Assembly (NCBI GenBank): GCA_044346175.1
Contig: JBIIZQ010000001.1
Span: 145,224 to 209,223, forward strand
DNA: 64,000 bases
Source of the DNA: Vampirovibrionales bacterium
Lineage (GTDB): Bacteria; Cyanobacteriota; Vampirovibrionia; Vampirovibrionales; JAJTHC01
Direction: 5' to 3'
The position numbers and the translations under genes are program-made. Under the pieces are notes generated by a model. That model had not been told where the DNA came from. It did no database searches and was given only the letters and a program-made list of their open reading frames with translations. This document shows, one piece after another, positions 48,220-58,956 of this stretch. Position 1 is the first letter of the stretch; each line of letters begins with the position of its first letter.

Positions 48220-51200
48220 ATGAAAGTTTTGTATACTCTTACTAAAGTGGTAACTCACACAACGAGTGGTTCCAGTAGGCGGTTTAAAATCGTAAGTGTC
48301 TCTTTACTCATGATGTTTGCATCTTTTCCTTCAACATCCCATGAAGCCTCTCACGCAGTAGGTACTTCGGGTCATGGCTTACAAGCAGTCCCCTTTGAAG
48401 TGGCTTTGGAACGTGTCAAAAGTAGTTTGAACCTCTTAGAGGTTGTAGGACGTAAGGTTGCCTTAAAAAAGCATGGACGTAACTATCTGGGCTTATGTCC
48501 TTTCCATCAGGAAAAAACGCCTTCCTTCAATGTCAGTGAAACAAAGGGGATGTTTAAGTGCTTTGGATGTGGCGCAGGGGGCGATGCCCTCAAGTTTTTA
48601 ATGGAGACTGAGCAACTCAGCTTCCCTGAACTCATTGAGCAAGAAGCCAAAGCTCTTGGCTTAGTCATTGTACGGGATGCTCAAGCCTCACGAGAAGCCA
48701 AAGCACGCCGTACTGAGGAAGACCGTTTACTTGAGCTGTTGCAAACCATCCAACACTATTACCAACAATGGCTCCTTACGCCTGCTACAGGTCAAGAAAC
48801 CCAACGTTACTTACAACAAGAACGTCTGTTTCCTGAAGCCATTTGGCGACGGTTTGGCCTTGGTCTTGCTCTGCAAGCTTGGGAGAATCTTTACCCCACC
48901 TTGGAAAAGCACTTGAAAACCCAAGTGACCAATGCTACAGAGTATCAAGCCCAAAAAACACACCTTTTTGAAGACCTTCAACATCTTGGGTTTCTGGTGT
49001 CTCGTCCTGACAACAAGGGGCATTATGACCGTTTTCGACATCGACTGATGATACCTATCCACAACGCCAAAGGACAGGTTGTCGCTTTTGGGGGTCGGGT
49101 ACTGCACGCTCAGGACACCCCTAAGTACATGAACAGTCCTGAACATATCTTGTATCAAAAGAGCGATACACTCTATGCACTCCACTTGGCTAAAAAAGCG
49201 ATTCATGAGACCCAAGAAGCTTGTATCGTTGAAGGCTACTTTGATGTGATGCGACTCCACCAGTTTGGTTGGCATCATACCGTGGCGACCTGTGGCACGG
49301 CATTTACGGAAGGACATTTAAGAATTCTCCAGCAGCAAGGGGTCAAACGAATCTACTTAGCCTTTGACAGTGACAAAGCAGGGCAGAAAGCAACGTTAAG
49401 TGCACTATCCTTGCTAGCCGAAACCTCTATCGATGTATGGGTATTACAGTACCCTGAAAAAGATGCCGATGCTTGGCTAGCACCCTACCAAGACCATCCT
49501 ACACAGGCACAAAGTATGCTTGCACAATGGAAAACACAAGCACTGAGTCCTACGATGTTTCGATGCCAGCAAGCTTTAAAGCACTTTCTTCATGAACAGT
49601 TAAATCACCCGCCAGACGACACATCCGAGCGTCTCAACGCTTGGCTTTCAGGAACATGGCAACCTGTATTGAGTATGTCGAATGTCATGACTTTGGGAAG
49701 ACTACTTATCCCACTCATGGCAAGTTGTTCTCCTATTGAAAGTGCTTTACTTGCCAAACAATACGCCCCTCTTTTGGGGGTTACGCCCGAGGTTTTTCAG
49801 CAAGAACTCTCTTTGTATCGTCAACATGCAAAAGTTCAAGGTGCCTCGGAGGAACGAGGTGGGCTTGAACGCACTCACACCACGAAAGCCACCTCAAAAA
49901 ACGCATCGCATAGTCCTCAAAGCGATATGTCTCGTAGAACCTCTCACAGTAGACAGGGGGCTTCCTCCCAGTATTCAAACCAGTACTCAAAATCTTATTC
50001 AGAGACAACACCTGATGCAGATGGTTATTCAGAGGACTATTCAGAGAGCTATTCAAACACAAAGGTGCATCTCTCGGATTCAGGTTTTGGAGGGAGTGCT
50101 TATGCTTATGAGCCTGCTTTGAGGCATACCATGCGTCAAAGCAAAGATACCAACACACAGCCTATGATGGCGTATCCAACAAAAGCAAGACCCTACGCTA
50201 AAAAGCCTTTGAAAGGCACTCAATTTAAGTCTCCTAGTAAAAAAGGAGGGTTAAAGTCAGACCAGCTCATCATGCAGGATGAAACTCCCATGGCACCGCC
50301 CATCCATGATGCCCTTTCTCGTGAAACCGAGCGTTACAAGACCCTAGAGGTGTATTTGTTTCTCCTGTGGTGGGTTGTGAGTGGTCAGGCACGCTTGGCG
50401 GTATGGCAAGTGGTTCAGGAAACGATTTGGCCTCAACTTGACCCCGATAGTACCTTATACAAATTATGGCATTTGTTAAACCAATGGTTTGAAAGTGCCA
50501 TGCTCCAACAAGAACACCTTACCCAGCAAGATTGTCTTGATATTTTAGTCCCTCTTTTAAAGGACAAGCCCGCTCTGCAACGTCAAACCTTGCACCTCCT
50601 CCAACAGATTCCAAAACTCACTTCGAGCCTTCCTTGGATTGACCCTCTTCGAGAACCCCATGGACAGGACCCCGCGCTCCTTAATCGCTTCTACCATATT
50701 CTTATGGAATGGCAACTTGAGTGGAAACGTCTCCAAGTGCGTCATGTCCTTCGAGAGAAAAATAAAGAACTCTATCAGCTGGAACAGCATACCAACAGTG
50801 TGCAAAAGCCTCATCCCCTCCCTGTGCATGACGACGAGGCCTATGCTCTACCTCATACCTTACCTATGGTTGAGACCCTCTACCAAGGGGATATCCCACT
50901 GTATGACGTTCCAAATGATGCTCCAAATGCCTCTCCTGCCTCTATACACACAGAGGCACCAGCGGTCACCCTTCATCCTACTTTTACGTCTCCCTCACTA
51001 GCGAGCAACAATCCTCATCTTTCCCTCACACAGGAACACCCACCCCATCAGGAAACGCCTCATCAGGAAACGATGGTCTCCTCATCAAACCTTAAAACCA
51101 AACCAGCCCCCGCTCAATCTCAAGCACATATTGCCTTACACCAAGATTTTCGTCAGACGCTTAAGGCTTCCGACAGTTACCGTTTAAAATCGAGCCAAGG

Positions 51201-51819
51201 GTTTGGCTCCGCTTTAGGTCGTCCGTTGACTTTACCTGTCTCTAGCGCATCTGGTATGTCTCCTTCTGGTATTGTTACACAAGCTTTACCCGTGCCTGCT
51301 ACGACCCTAGCGGAGCATCAGCATATCCCACACGACCCAAACACTGTGATGGATTCAATACCGTCTGCTTCAACCCATATTACACAGCATCTTTATATTG
51401 CCAATCAAATGTTGGTACAACATCATGAAGCATCTGTCCCTGTCATTTATACGCCTGTGCAACCTGTCACGCCCTCTGAAACACCAGAAACCTCTCCTAC
51501 CTCCTCTGTGTCCCCTCCGCCCTTGCTTTCTTCTCAGGAACCTGATGCCATGTTGACGATACCTCCAGAGCCACCCTGTAATTGGATTTTAGATGAAACA
51601 CCCCCTAAAGGGTCTCTTCCTTCGCCTTCAATACCCTCCCCTTATGTGCCTTCCTCTCAAATGCCCTCTACCCAAGTGCCCTCTACCCAAGTGCCCTATC
51701 ATGCAGGACTCTTTCCGTCCCAACCCTCTCATCAGGATACAGAAGACACCCTTGTGAATCCTTTTTCTGATATTCCTATGCCTGCCACCTTCAACCCCGA
51801 AGCCTTGAGATTTTCCTAG
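48220..51819 (+). CDS. dnaG: DNA primase DnaG with a ~600-aa low-complexity C-terminal extension
   Basis: Zn ribbon CPFH...CFGCG, TOPRIM domain (EGYFDVM, DSDKAGQKA). Then an S/P/Q/T-rich tail containing one conserved-looking helical segment (LEVYLFLLWWV...). The probable start is MMF at ~48310. Confidence 0.85.
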   Translation: MKVLYTLTKVVTHTTSGSSRRFKIVSVSLLMMFASFPSTSHEASHAVGTSGHGLQAVPFEVALERVKSSLNLLEVVGRKVALKKHGRNYLGLCPFHQEKTPSFNVSETKGMFKCFGCGAGGDALKFLMETEQLSFPELIEQEAKALGLVIVRDAQASREAKARRTEEDRLLELLQTIQHYYQQWLLTPATGQETQRYLQQERLFPEAIWRRFGLGLALQAWENLYPTLEKHLKTQVTNATEYQAQKTHLFEDLQHLGFLVSRPDNKGHYDRFRHRLMIPIHNAKGQVVAFGGRVLHAQDTPKYMNSPEHILYQKSDTLYALHLAKKAIHETQEACIVEGYFDVMRLHQFGWHHTVATCGTAFTEGHLRILQQQGVKRIYLAFDSDKAGQKATLSALSLLAETSIDVWVLQYPEKDADAWLAPYQDHPTQAQSMLAQWKTQALSPTMFRCQQALKHFLHEQLNHPPDDTSERLNAWLSGTWQPVLSMSNVMTLGRLLIPLMASCSPIESALLAKQYAPLLGVTPEVFQQELSLYRQHAKVQGASEERGGLERTHTTKATSKNASHSPQSDMSRRTSHSRQGASSQYSNQYSKSYSETTPDADGYSEDYSESYSNTKVHLSDSGFGGSAYAYEPALRHTMRQSKDTNTQPMMAYPTKARPYAKKPLKGTQFKSPSKKGGLKSDQLIMQDETPMAPPIHDALSRETERYKTLEVYLFLLWWVVSGQARLAVWQVVQETIWPQLDPDSTLYKLWHLLNQWFESAMLQQEHLTQQDCLDILVPLLKDKPALQRQTLHLLQQIPKLTSSLPWIDPLREPHGQDPALLNRFYHILMEWQLEWKRLQVRHVLREKNKELYQLEQHTNSVQKPHPLPVHDDEAYALPHTLPMVETLYQGDIPLYDVPNDAPNASPASIHTEAPAVTLHPTFTSPSLASNNPHLSLTQEHPPHQETPHQETMVSSSNLKTKPAPAQSQAHIALHQDFRQTLKASDSYRLKSSQGFGSALGRPLTLPVSSASGMSPSGIVTQALPVPATTLAEHQHIPHDPNTVMDSIPSASTHITQHLYIANQMLVQHHEASVPVIYTPVQPVTPSETPETSPTSSVSPPPLLSSQEPDAMLTIPPEPPCNWILDETPPKGSLPSPSIPSPYVPSSQMPSTQVPSTQVPYHAGLFPSQPSHQDTEDTLVNPFSDIPMPATFNPEALRFS

Positions 51820-52061
51820 GCAAACACTTATATTCTCCCTAGCAACATTTACCATTGACCATGCTTACTACCTGTGTAAGCCTCAAACAAACGCTCCCAA
51901 GGCTAATGTGAATGTTTGTTTGCAAGGTCGCTTCTTGTTTTGTCTTACAACTCTTGATAAAATGATAAGAGTCTTACCTTTTTCTATCGTATGCCTCAGG
52001 TATTGATACCCTCTTTTGGCGAAATCTCTTGAAACAAGGCATCTGTTAGCCTACACAGCAC

Positions 52062-52095
52062 CCAAAGTTTCTGCCAAGCCAAAGTTTCTGCCAAG
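52062..52095. repeat. Perfect tandem duplication of the 17-bp unit CCAAAGTTTCTGCCAAG upstream of rpoD
   Basis: Units at 52062-52078 and 52079-52095, ~130 nt upstream of the rpoD start. Confidence 0.8.
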
Positions 52096-52221
52096 TTTAT
52101 ACCTTAACTGCACATGCTACTCTGTAGAGGCGATGCAGGCTTGGTTTTTCTCGAATGATTTTGAATCGTTTTTCTATTGTCTCTGTTGCATTTTTTGACC
52201 GTGAAGTGAGACTTTTTCTCC

Positions 52222-53331
52222 ATGATGATAACCCGTCGCCGTAGTTCAGGTGCCTTTACCGATGTGCTTGAAAAAGAGCAGGATACCGAGGTGGCTGAAG
52301 CCTATGAGGAAGACACCCTTGATGAACCAACCCCCGTTGTTGCTGAAGCTACTACCTTTTACACACGTGCCAAAAGCATTGCTGATTTAGACCATCTGGA
52401 ACCCACGGATGATGAGCTTTTTGAAGAATCAATTGATGAAGAAGCTCCTGGTGCAGCTCCTGAACTGAGTGCCGCCGAACTTCGGGGTATTTCCAGCATT
52501 GATGACCCCGTAAGAATGTATCTTCGTGAGATTGGACGCATCAAGCTGTTGAACGCCACTGAAGAAATCGAGCTTGCCAAACAGATTGCTGCGGGTGGTG
52601 CTTTAGGTGCAAGAGCCAAACAAAAGCTCGTGCAAGCTAACTTGCGTCTTGTCGTAAGTATTGCCAAGAAGTACGTAGGGCGTGGCTTGTTATTTCTTGA
52701 CCTCATTCAAGAAGGCAACTTGGGGCTGATTCGTGCAAGTGAAAAGTTTGACTATGCCCGTGGGTACAAGTTTTCAACCTATGCCACTTGGTGGATTCGT
52801 CAAGCAATCACCCGTGCCATTGCAGACCAAGCACGTACCATCCGTATTCCTGTCCACATGGTGGAAACTATCAACAAACTCAAGAAAGTAACACGTAAGC
52901 TGGCTCAAGAACTCAGTCGTAAACCGAATGAGGAAGAACTTGCCAAGCACATGGGTATCAGCATTAGCAAGCTACGTGAAATTATCAAAGTCGCTCAGGA
53001 GCCGCTTTCATTGGAAACCCCTATTGGCAAAGAGGAAGATAGCCGTTTGGGTGACTTCATTGAAGACCGAGATGCTGAAGCACCTGCCATTACCGTGGCA
53101 CACGAGTTGCTTCGTGAAGACCTCACCGAGGTATTAAGCTCCCTTTCCCCTCGTGAGCGGGACGTACTACGGTTACGTTTCGGTTTGGATGATGGTCGTC
53201 AACGTACCCTTGAGGAAGTAGGTCAGTTATTCGGGGTGACTCGTGAGCGTATCCGTCAGATTGAAGCCAAAGCCCTTCGTAAACTTCGGCACCCGAACCG
53301 TAGCCGTCGTTTACGGGAGTACGTTGAATAG
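52222..53331 (+). CDS. rpoD: Primary RNA polymerase sigma factor (SigA/RpoD type)
   Basis: 369 aa. Acidic N-terminal region, then regions 1.2-4.2 with near-identity to Bacillus-type SigA ([43 protein letters not shown]). Sits immediately downstream of dnaG. Confidence 0.9.
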   Translation: MMITRRRSSGAFTDVLEKEQDTEVAEAYEEDTLDEPTPVVAEATTFYTRAKSIADLDHLEPTDDELFEESIDEEAPGAAPELSAAELRGISSIDDPVRMYLREIGRIKLLNATEEIELAKQIAAGGALGARAKQKLVQANLRLVVSIAKKYVGRGLLFLDLIQEGNLGLIRASEKFDYARGYKFSTYATWWIRQAITRAIADQARTIRIPVHMVETINKLKKVTRKLAQELSRKPNEEELAKHMGISISKLREIIKVAQEPLSLETPIGKEEDSRLGDFIEDRDAEAPAITVAHELLREDLTEVLSSLSPRERDVLRLRFGLDDGRQRTLEEVGQLFGVTRERIRQIEAKALRKLRHPNRSRRLREYVE

Positions 53332-53808
53332 GCTTGCTTTAAGTATCCTTTTCTTTTAACCCTGTATCATCACATTTTGAACCTCTCCAATGCGGTATGT
53401 CACCGAAATATTGGGGAGGTTTAAGATTGATGACTGGGAGTGTAACGAGACGTAACAATTAAAGTTGCTTTGTCTGGTTTTTTCATTCAAGAGGCAATTT
53501 AAATTATCCGATACCGTTATTATTAGAGTACGTCTATGGTGTCTTAAAATGATAAGGCTGAGAGAAACCCCATAACATTCGCACTCTAAGTACTCCCCTG
53601 AAAGATACAAACGGCTTTTGTAAGGAAGCCTTTGTGAGATACTTCAAGGTTCGTTGCGTGGTGCGTATTGATGGTCAGTGAGATAACAATAACATGACAG
53701 CTAGGACGAAGTGATGACTCGGCTTGATGGTGCCTTGGGCGTTGACTTAGGTGTTGGGAGAAATGTCGACATGTTTATCTTCCACCCACGCTCCAATGAG
53801 ACCCTACC

Positions 53809-55113
53809 TTGTGTTTCCCCCTAACAAGACTTTTTTCGATTGATTGTGTTGATTCTAAGAGAGGGAGTTTAATAAACCCTATGATGAGCAGTATTTCCCA
53901 AGCGATTACAATTAACGGTGTTTCTGGACCTGTTAGTGCTGTTAATGCAGCCAATACAGCGGCTGTCAATGCGTCTGCCAATGGGAGCGGTGCTTCAGTG
54001 AGTGCTTCGCCACCACCCACGACTTTACCCAACACGCCACCACCTCCACCTGTCAATGTGAATGTGCCTCCCCCACCCGTTGGCTTACCAGCCCCTCCTT
54101 TACCAACAGCACCTTTATCGTTAAGCACAAACATTATTCTTGGGCAGCAACCCCCACCACCACCAACGCCATTACCCTCCTTGAGTAACACCATCAATAT
54201 TTATCAAAATCAGACATCCTCAACGCCTCAGGTACAGATTCTTAACCAGCCAGGAATACCCAATCATAGCATTCCTCCTGTGCCACCTTCCGTTAACCAG
54301 AGTGTACAAGGGATGGGTACCAACATTAACATCAATGGTGGTCCTAACGCCATTACCATTTCTCAGAATGGGCAACCCATTGGAAATGTCAATCAAGGAA
54401 CCTTCATGCCTTTAGCTCCGAATGGGATGATGCCTCCCAACGGGATGCCGAATATGCCTCCTAGACCTGGGTTTTATCCTAATATGCCTCCCAACGGCAT
54501 GATGCCCCCGAATGGTATGCCCAACATGCCTCCCAATGGCATGCCAAACATGCCCTCAGGGTTTAATCCAGCACTGAATAACCCAGCCCTTGCACAGGCT
54601 CAGGCACAGGCAGCGGCTCAAGCGGCTCTAGGGCAGAACCCCTATGGTGCCATGCCTTCACAAGCTGGACTTCCTGAAGGCATGCCTCCTTGGTTACCTC
54701 AATTACTGCAACAATTAGGCGTAGGGGGTCAGCCTCCCACCCCACCTAATCAGGGGATGTCTCAGATGATGCCCTTCATGCTCATGATGATGATGCAAAT
54801 GATGAAGGCAAAACAAGATGACGGTGGCGACAAAAAAGATGAGATGGCTGTTAAAAACAGAATGGCTCTCATCAATGCCCTTAGTACAGGAAACCATCGT
54901 CCTGCTCGGGCCGATGTTCGTAGAGAGTTACCTCCTATGCCCCCTGAACCACGCCGTATGCCACCCAGAAGAGAAGATGATGAGCCACCCGTTTCACGTG
55001 CTTCCGCCCGTGCATCAGGTACCACTTTTGCATCTTTGTTTGATAATGGCCCATCCGCTTCATCTGCCAAAGCGAACGCTTCTGCAAAAGCAAAAACACA
55101 AGTAAAGCGTTAG
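53809..55113 (+). CDS. P/M/N-rich low-complexity protein with PNGMPNMP peptide repeats and a poly-Met segment
   Basis: 434 aa with the repeats NGMMPPNGMPNMPP and FMLMMMMQMMKAKQ. Confidence 0.5.
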   Translation: MCFPLTRLFSIDCVDSKRGSLINPMMSSISQAITINGVSGPVSAVNAANTAAVNASANGSGASVSASPPPTTLPNTPPPPPVNVNVPPPPVGLPAPPLPTAPLSLSTNIILGQQPPPPPTPLPSLSNTINIYQNQTSSTPQVQILNQPGIPNHSIPPVPPSVNQSVQGMGTNININGGPNAITISQNGQPIGNVNQGTFMPLAPNGMMPPNGMPNMPPRPGFYPNMPPNGMMPPNGMPNMPPNGMPNMPSGFNPALNNPALAQAQAQAAAQAALGQNPYGAMPSQAGLPEGMPPWLPQLLQQLGVGGQPPTPPNQGMSQMMPFMLMMMMQMMKAKQDDGGDKKDEMAVKNRMALINALSTGNHRPARADVRRELPPMPPEPRRMPPRREDDEPPVSRASARASGTTFASLFDNGPSASSAKANASAKAKTQVKR

Positions 55114-55289
55114 TAAAGGCAATCTTTTACGGGTATTATAAAGTCCTTTTGTAACAAGTCACACAGAAGTCTGATACATGGTTTTATCCCTATAAAAGCT
55201 ATGTTACGGTTAAAGTAGTATAGGCATAGTGCTTTATGCGTCTGCCTCGCTCAGCCACCGCTTCGTGTCATTGAAAGCAAAAGGACTTT

Positions 55290-57422
55290 TTGTCGCCCAT
55301 GATGATGTCTGCCTCAGATGCCTCCCTACCTCACACACACCCATTAGCCTCGCTAAGACGGATGGGGCATCCGTTGCCTACCCATTTTGGACAATCTGCA
55401 CAACAGGCGCATGACCCCCTCTATATCGAGGCAAAGGCACAAGCCCACCAAACAGCCCAAGAAGCAACAGGCACACAACACACAGGGCCAACCATTATCA
55501 TTAACATGGGGCCTCCCATGGGAGATGCCTTTGAAAAAGGCCATGTGTCACCAACACCAACACTAACACCAACACCAGCCTTATCATCACGCCCCATGGC
55601 ACCTCTACAAGCCCCTAATTCTTCTTTGGCTATGGATAAACAGGAGCCTGTAAAGCCTGCCCCTCAAAGTCCTATTCCCTATGATGAGCAGCCCTCCACC
55701 CAAGCCTTAGCACCCTCCTTTGCATCCTCTACCTCTTCTTCATCTGCCATGGCAGGTGCTGACAACGTACCAACGCCACTGACACAGTGGATAAACCAAG
55801 GCATTGATACCCACTCGCCTGAATTCCTAAAGCTTCTTCTTCAAGAATTACAGTTGCCGAGAGCCACATTACCTGTCGCTCCTGATGTACTACTGGCAAC
55901 CCCCAATAAGGGGAATGTATGGGAGGGGCTGACCCAAGGACTCCCCTCTGAAACAGCTTTAAAGCCTAGTAATGCGTTGTCTGATGGGCTTTTAGACCAG
56001 CCTCCTACTCAGGTAGCCTCACAAAGCAATAATTCACCCATACCCTCAGCTCAAGCTTCACAGAACCCTTCACAGAGCAATGGTGTGACACCAGCTCAAG
56101 TAGCAAATGCAACACCAGTACCTCCCTCCCCTTCAGGGAATGTCGCTCAACAAAGTACTAACCCTCAGGTCAATCCTCAGGCTAACCCTCTCCCAGCAAA
56201 CCCACTACCTGCCCAGAGTAATCCAGCTGGACAGCCACCTAATCCAGCGAACCCAGTCAATACCCCCAATCCAGCAGGTGGCGATGAAACCTACAAGTTT
56301 GCCCATGCGTTTAACGACCCTGTCATTCAAAGTTTAAATCGACGCTTCAACGACCCCGACCCCAATATTCGGAGCGATGCTGCCACAGAGTTTTATCAAA
56401 TCATTTCAAGCAACCCCGGTATTGTGACCGACCATCGTGCCAAGCCCTATATTGAGGCTTTTGCAAAGAAAATTGCACGAGATAGTAGTTCAAATGTGCA
56501 TGTCCCACTCCTGTTAGCACTTGAGTCAGGGCTTCTGAAAGATGTATCGCCTAGTGTCATTGAAGACGTTCGCAAAATCAAAGACAACAACGGGATGTTA
56601 GGGATGGAACCCGCCATGGTCAATGATGCACTACGTGCCTATGAGTTTCAAACTGGTGGTAAGTCACCAACGCCTCAAGCCTCTACAGTAAACACCTCCC
56701 CTCACAACACCACGGGGACACCTCCGTCAACAACAGACAGTCAAGAGGGTGCTAAAGCGGAGTCGTCTCAGACTCCAAAAAACAGTGTTCCTACCTCTAC
56801 GCCACATAAGCCGACAAGTAACAAACCCAAGCAAGGCTTTTGGCAACGACTATGGCCATGGGGTAAAAAACACGCTTCAGACCCTACACCTTCCCAACAG
56901 CAGGGTGTTTCAGAGAAAAAGTTACCTGCACCGCAGAACGTACCACTCACCAAAGCACTTCATGATTTGCCTATTTCGCAACTTAAAGAAGAACAAAATC
57001 CATCCCCTCTCCCACCTGCATACCCAAGAGCTTACTCAGAGGAAGCCCCTCCACCTAACGTGCAACCGCCACAATCAGCCGCCATGCAACCACCCCTCAC
57101 AGCAGGAACCCCCATGGCACCTAGCAACCTTCCAGCACAGCCCATGGGCATGCCACCCTCTGGCACTGAGGGTAGCATAACGCCGACTTCACCGCTTACA
57201 GGTCAAGATGCTTTAAACGACCGAGCCCTACAAGAGGCTATGGCGGCTATTCAGGCACAGCAGACACAAACGCCACAGGCACCCAAGCAAGCCAGTAATG
57301 CTCAAGGACAACCTCAAGCTCAAGATATGCCACCACTGACCCCTGAAATGATGCAGGCACTTATGGCAATGAGTCAAGCCCCAGCTCAACCCACCCCCCA
57401 AGTCCCTTCTCCTAAAGCCTAG
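55290..57422 (+). CDS. P/Q/S-rich low-complexity protein with a central HEAT/PBS-lyase-like repeat region
   Basis: 710 aa. The central segment NDPDPNIRSDAATEFYQI...AKPYIEAFAKKIARD resembles HEAT-like repeats. Confidence 0.5.
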   Translation: MSPMMMSASDASLPHTHPLASLRRMGHPLPTHFGQSAQQAHDPLYIEAKAQAHQTAQEATGTQHTGPTIIINMGPPMGDAFEKGHVSPTPTLTPTPALSSRPMAPLQAPNSSLAMDKQEPVKPAPQSPIPYDEQPSTQALAPSFASSTSSSSAMAGADNVPTPLTQWINQGIDTHSPEFLKLLLQELQLPRATLPVAPDVLLATPNKGNVWEGLTQGLPSETALKPSNALSDGLLDQPPTQVASQSNNSPIPSAQASQNPSQSNGVTPAQVANATPVPPSPSGNVAQQSTNPQVNPQANPLPANPLPAQSNPAGQPPNPANPVNTPNPAGGDETYKFAHAFNDPVIQSLNRRFNDPDPNIRSDAATEFYQIISSNPGIVTDHRAKPYIEAFAKKIARDSSSNVHVPLLLALESGLLKDVSPSVIEDVRKIKDNNGMLGMEPAMVNDALRAYEFQTGGKSPTPQASTVNTSPHNTTGTPPSTTDSQEGAKAESSQTPKNSVPTSTPHKPTSNKPKQGFWQRLWPWGKKHASDPTPSQQQGVSEKKLPAPQNVPLTKALHDLPISQLKEEQNPSPLPPAYPRAYSEEAPPPNVQPPQSAAMQPPLTAGTPMAPSNLPAQPMGMPPSGTEGSITPTSPLTGQDALNDRALQEAMAAIQAQQTQTPQAPKQASNAQGQPQAQDMPPLTPEMMQALMAMSQAPAQPTPQVPSPKA

Positions 57423-57434
57423 CAGTACGGCTCA

Positions 57435-58019
57435 TTAGAGGCTAGGTAATACTGGAGGAAGGGCTAGAAGAAGGTCTCGCTCACCTTGGGCAAGGGTATG
57501 ATTAACCACTTGATGATGAAACTTCTCGGCAAGAGGCTGCTCCTTCTGAGCAATCAGGAGGCGTTTTTCAATTTCTTCAAGTGGTTCTCTACCTCGCTCA
57601 ATCAGGCGTTGTTTAAGAACGTCTAAACTAGGAGGGTGCAAAAAAATGAGCCAAGCTTGCGTCTTGAAGCGTTCCAAGACTTGAAACGCACCTTGAACGT
57701 CAATTTCAAGCAAAACGTGTTTGCCAGCGTCCAATGCTTCACGTACTTTTGCCTCTGGTGTGCCGTAATACTGATGATTGTAGGTTGCCCACTCTAAAAA
57801 GCCGTTGTCCTGAATGGCTTTTTCAAAGGTATCCTTACTGTAAAACCAATAGTCTTTACCGTGGATTTCACCTTCTCTTTGATTACGAGTAGTCGCTGAA
57901 ACAGATAACTGAATATCGGTACGTTGTTGTAAAATACGTTTTACAAGCGTCCCTTTTCCTGTACCTGAGGGCCCTGATAAAACAATGACTTTGGCTTGCG
58001 TGGGGTCAAGATGATTCAT
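57435..58019 (-). CDS. gmk: Guanylate kinase
   Basis: P-loop GPSGTGKGT and GMP-binding pattern (Y...E...R). Confidence 0.85.
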   Translation of the reverse strand: MNHLDPTQAKVIVLSGPSGTGKGTLVKRILQQRTDIQLSVSATTRNQREGEIHGKDYWFYSKDTFEKAIQDNGFLEWATYNHQYYGTPEAKVREALDAGKHVLLEIDVQGAFQVLERFKTQAWLIFLHPPSLDVLKQRLIERGREPLEEIEKRLLIAQKEQPLAEKFHHQVVNHTLAQGERDLLLALPPVLPSL

Positions 58020-58167
58020 AAGACGTATCCTATGGCTTCAAAAAAGGACACTTGAAACAGTATTTAAAAAGCGACTACCAGAACATGTGGTGCTTTTACC
58101 TAAGAATTTTATACTTAAGTATAGCGTAAAAGCCCCTCACAGATTTGACTTAAAGCAATAAATCTCC

Positions 58168-58878
58168 TTAAAGTGGTATATCTAGGAAGGTTTCGTTTGG
58201 GGTGTTGAGAGGAATATGATGCTGAACACAAAGAGCATTCAGTATTTTGGGTGACAGAATGCGAGGTGGAGGGATGTCAGGAGAGATGGGTTTTAAAGTC
58301 ACAGGACACCTTGTAAGATAAAGCGTGTGGAGCATACGGGCTTCATGAAGCTGTTGGAATAGTGAAGCACCGCCACAAAGCAGGACTTTAAAAGGAGGTA
58401 TGGGCAAGCTAGAGGGTTTTATCGCTTTAATACCCAAACATTCACTTGCTAAATCCTGAAGAAGCCTCTTTAGTGTAGAGAAAAGTGCCTCATTAGGGTG
58501 CGAGTCCTGTAAACAATACCAATGGCATGTTGGGGGGTGAATGTTTGAAGGAGGACTCTTGGCTGTAATGACATGCAAAACGACCCTCCCCGACACGCAA
58601 GCTTGCCATAAAGGACTGTTATAAAGGCTTTCCCATTGGCTTGTAATTAAAATATGAACAGGTGCTGGGGCATCATTAGGATGTTTATGGACTTGAGGCC
58701 AAGCTCGAAAGGTAGCTCCTCCCAGCAGTACGGCATGATGCTGCGTACGAAGAAAGAGCAGACGTTCAAGGTCTCTCTTTGAAGCGAACCTTGCGGTATC
58801 GTTTGGATGGCGTGCAACGACACCTGTTGTATCACAGGCAAAGCAGGCGTTAATTTGAATCAGAGAGGACGAGGACAT
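58168..58878 (-). CDS. RibD C-terminal domain (dihydrofolate-reductase-like) reductase
   Basis: LLCGGASLFQQLHEARMLHTLYLT and LLGGATF patterns typical of RibD_C. Confidence 0.5.
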   Translation of the reverse strand: MSSSSLIQINACFACDTTGVVARHPNDTARFASKRDLERLLFLRTQHHAVLLGGATFRAWPQVHKHPNDAPAPVHILITSQWESLYNSPLWQACVSGRVVLHVITAKSPPSNIHPPTCHWYCLQDSHPNEALFSTLKRLLQDLASECLGIKAIKPSSLPIPPFKVLLCGGASLFQQLHEARMLHTLYLTRCPVTLKPISPDIPPPRILSPKILNALCVQHHIPLNTPNETFLDIPL

Positions 58879-58956
58879 ACTTTTGATAAATACAAGCCAT
58901 GAAAAAAGCGTTCACCTCAACACAAGGGCCAGGTGAACGCTTTAAACCATAAAGGC

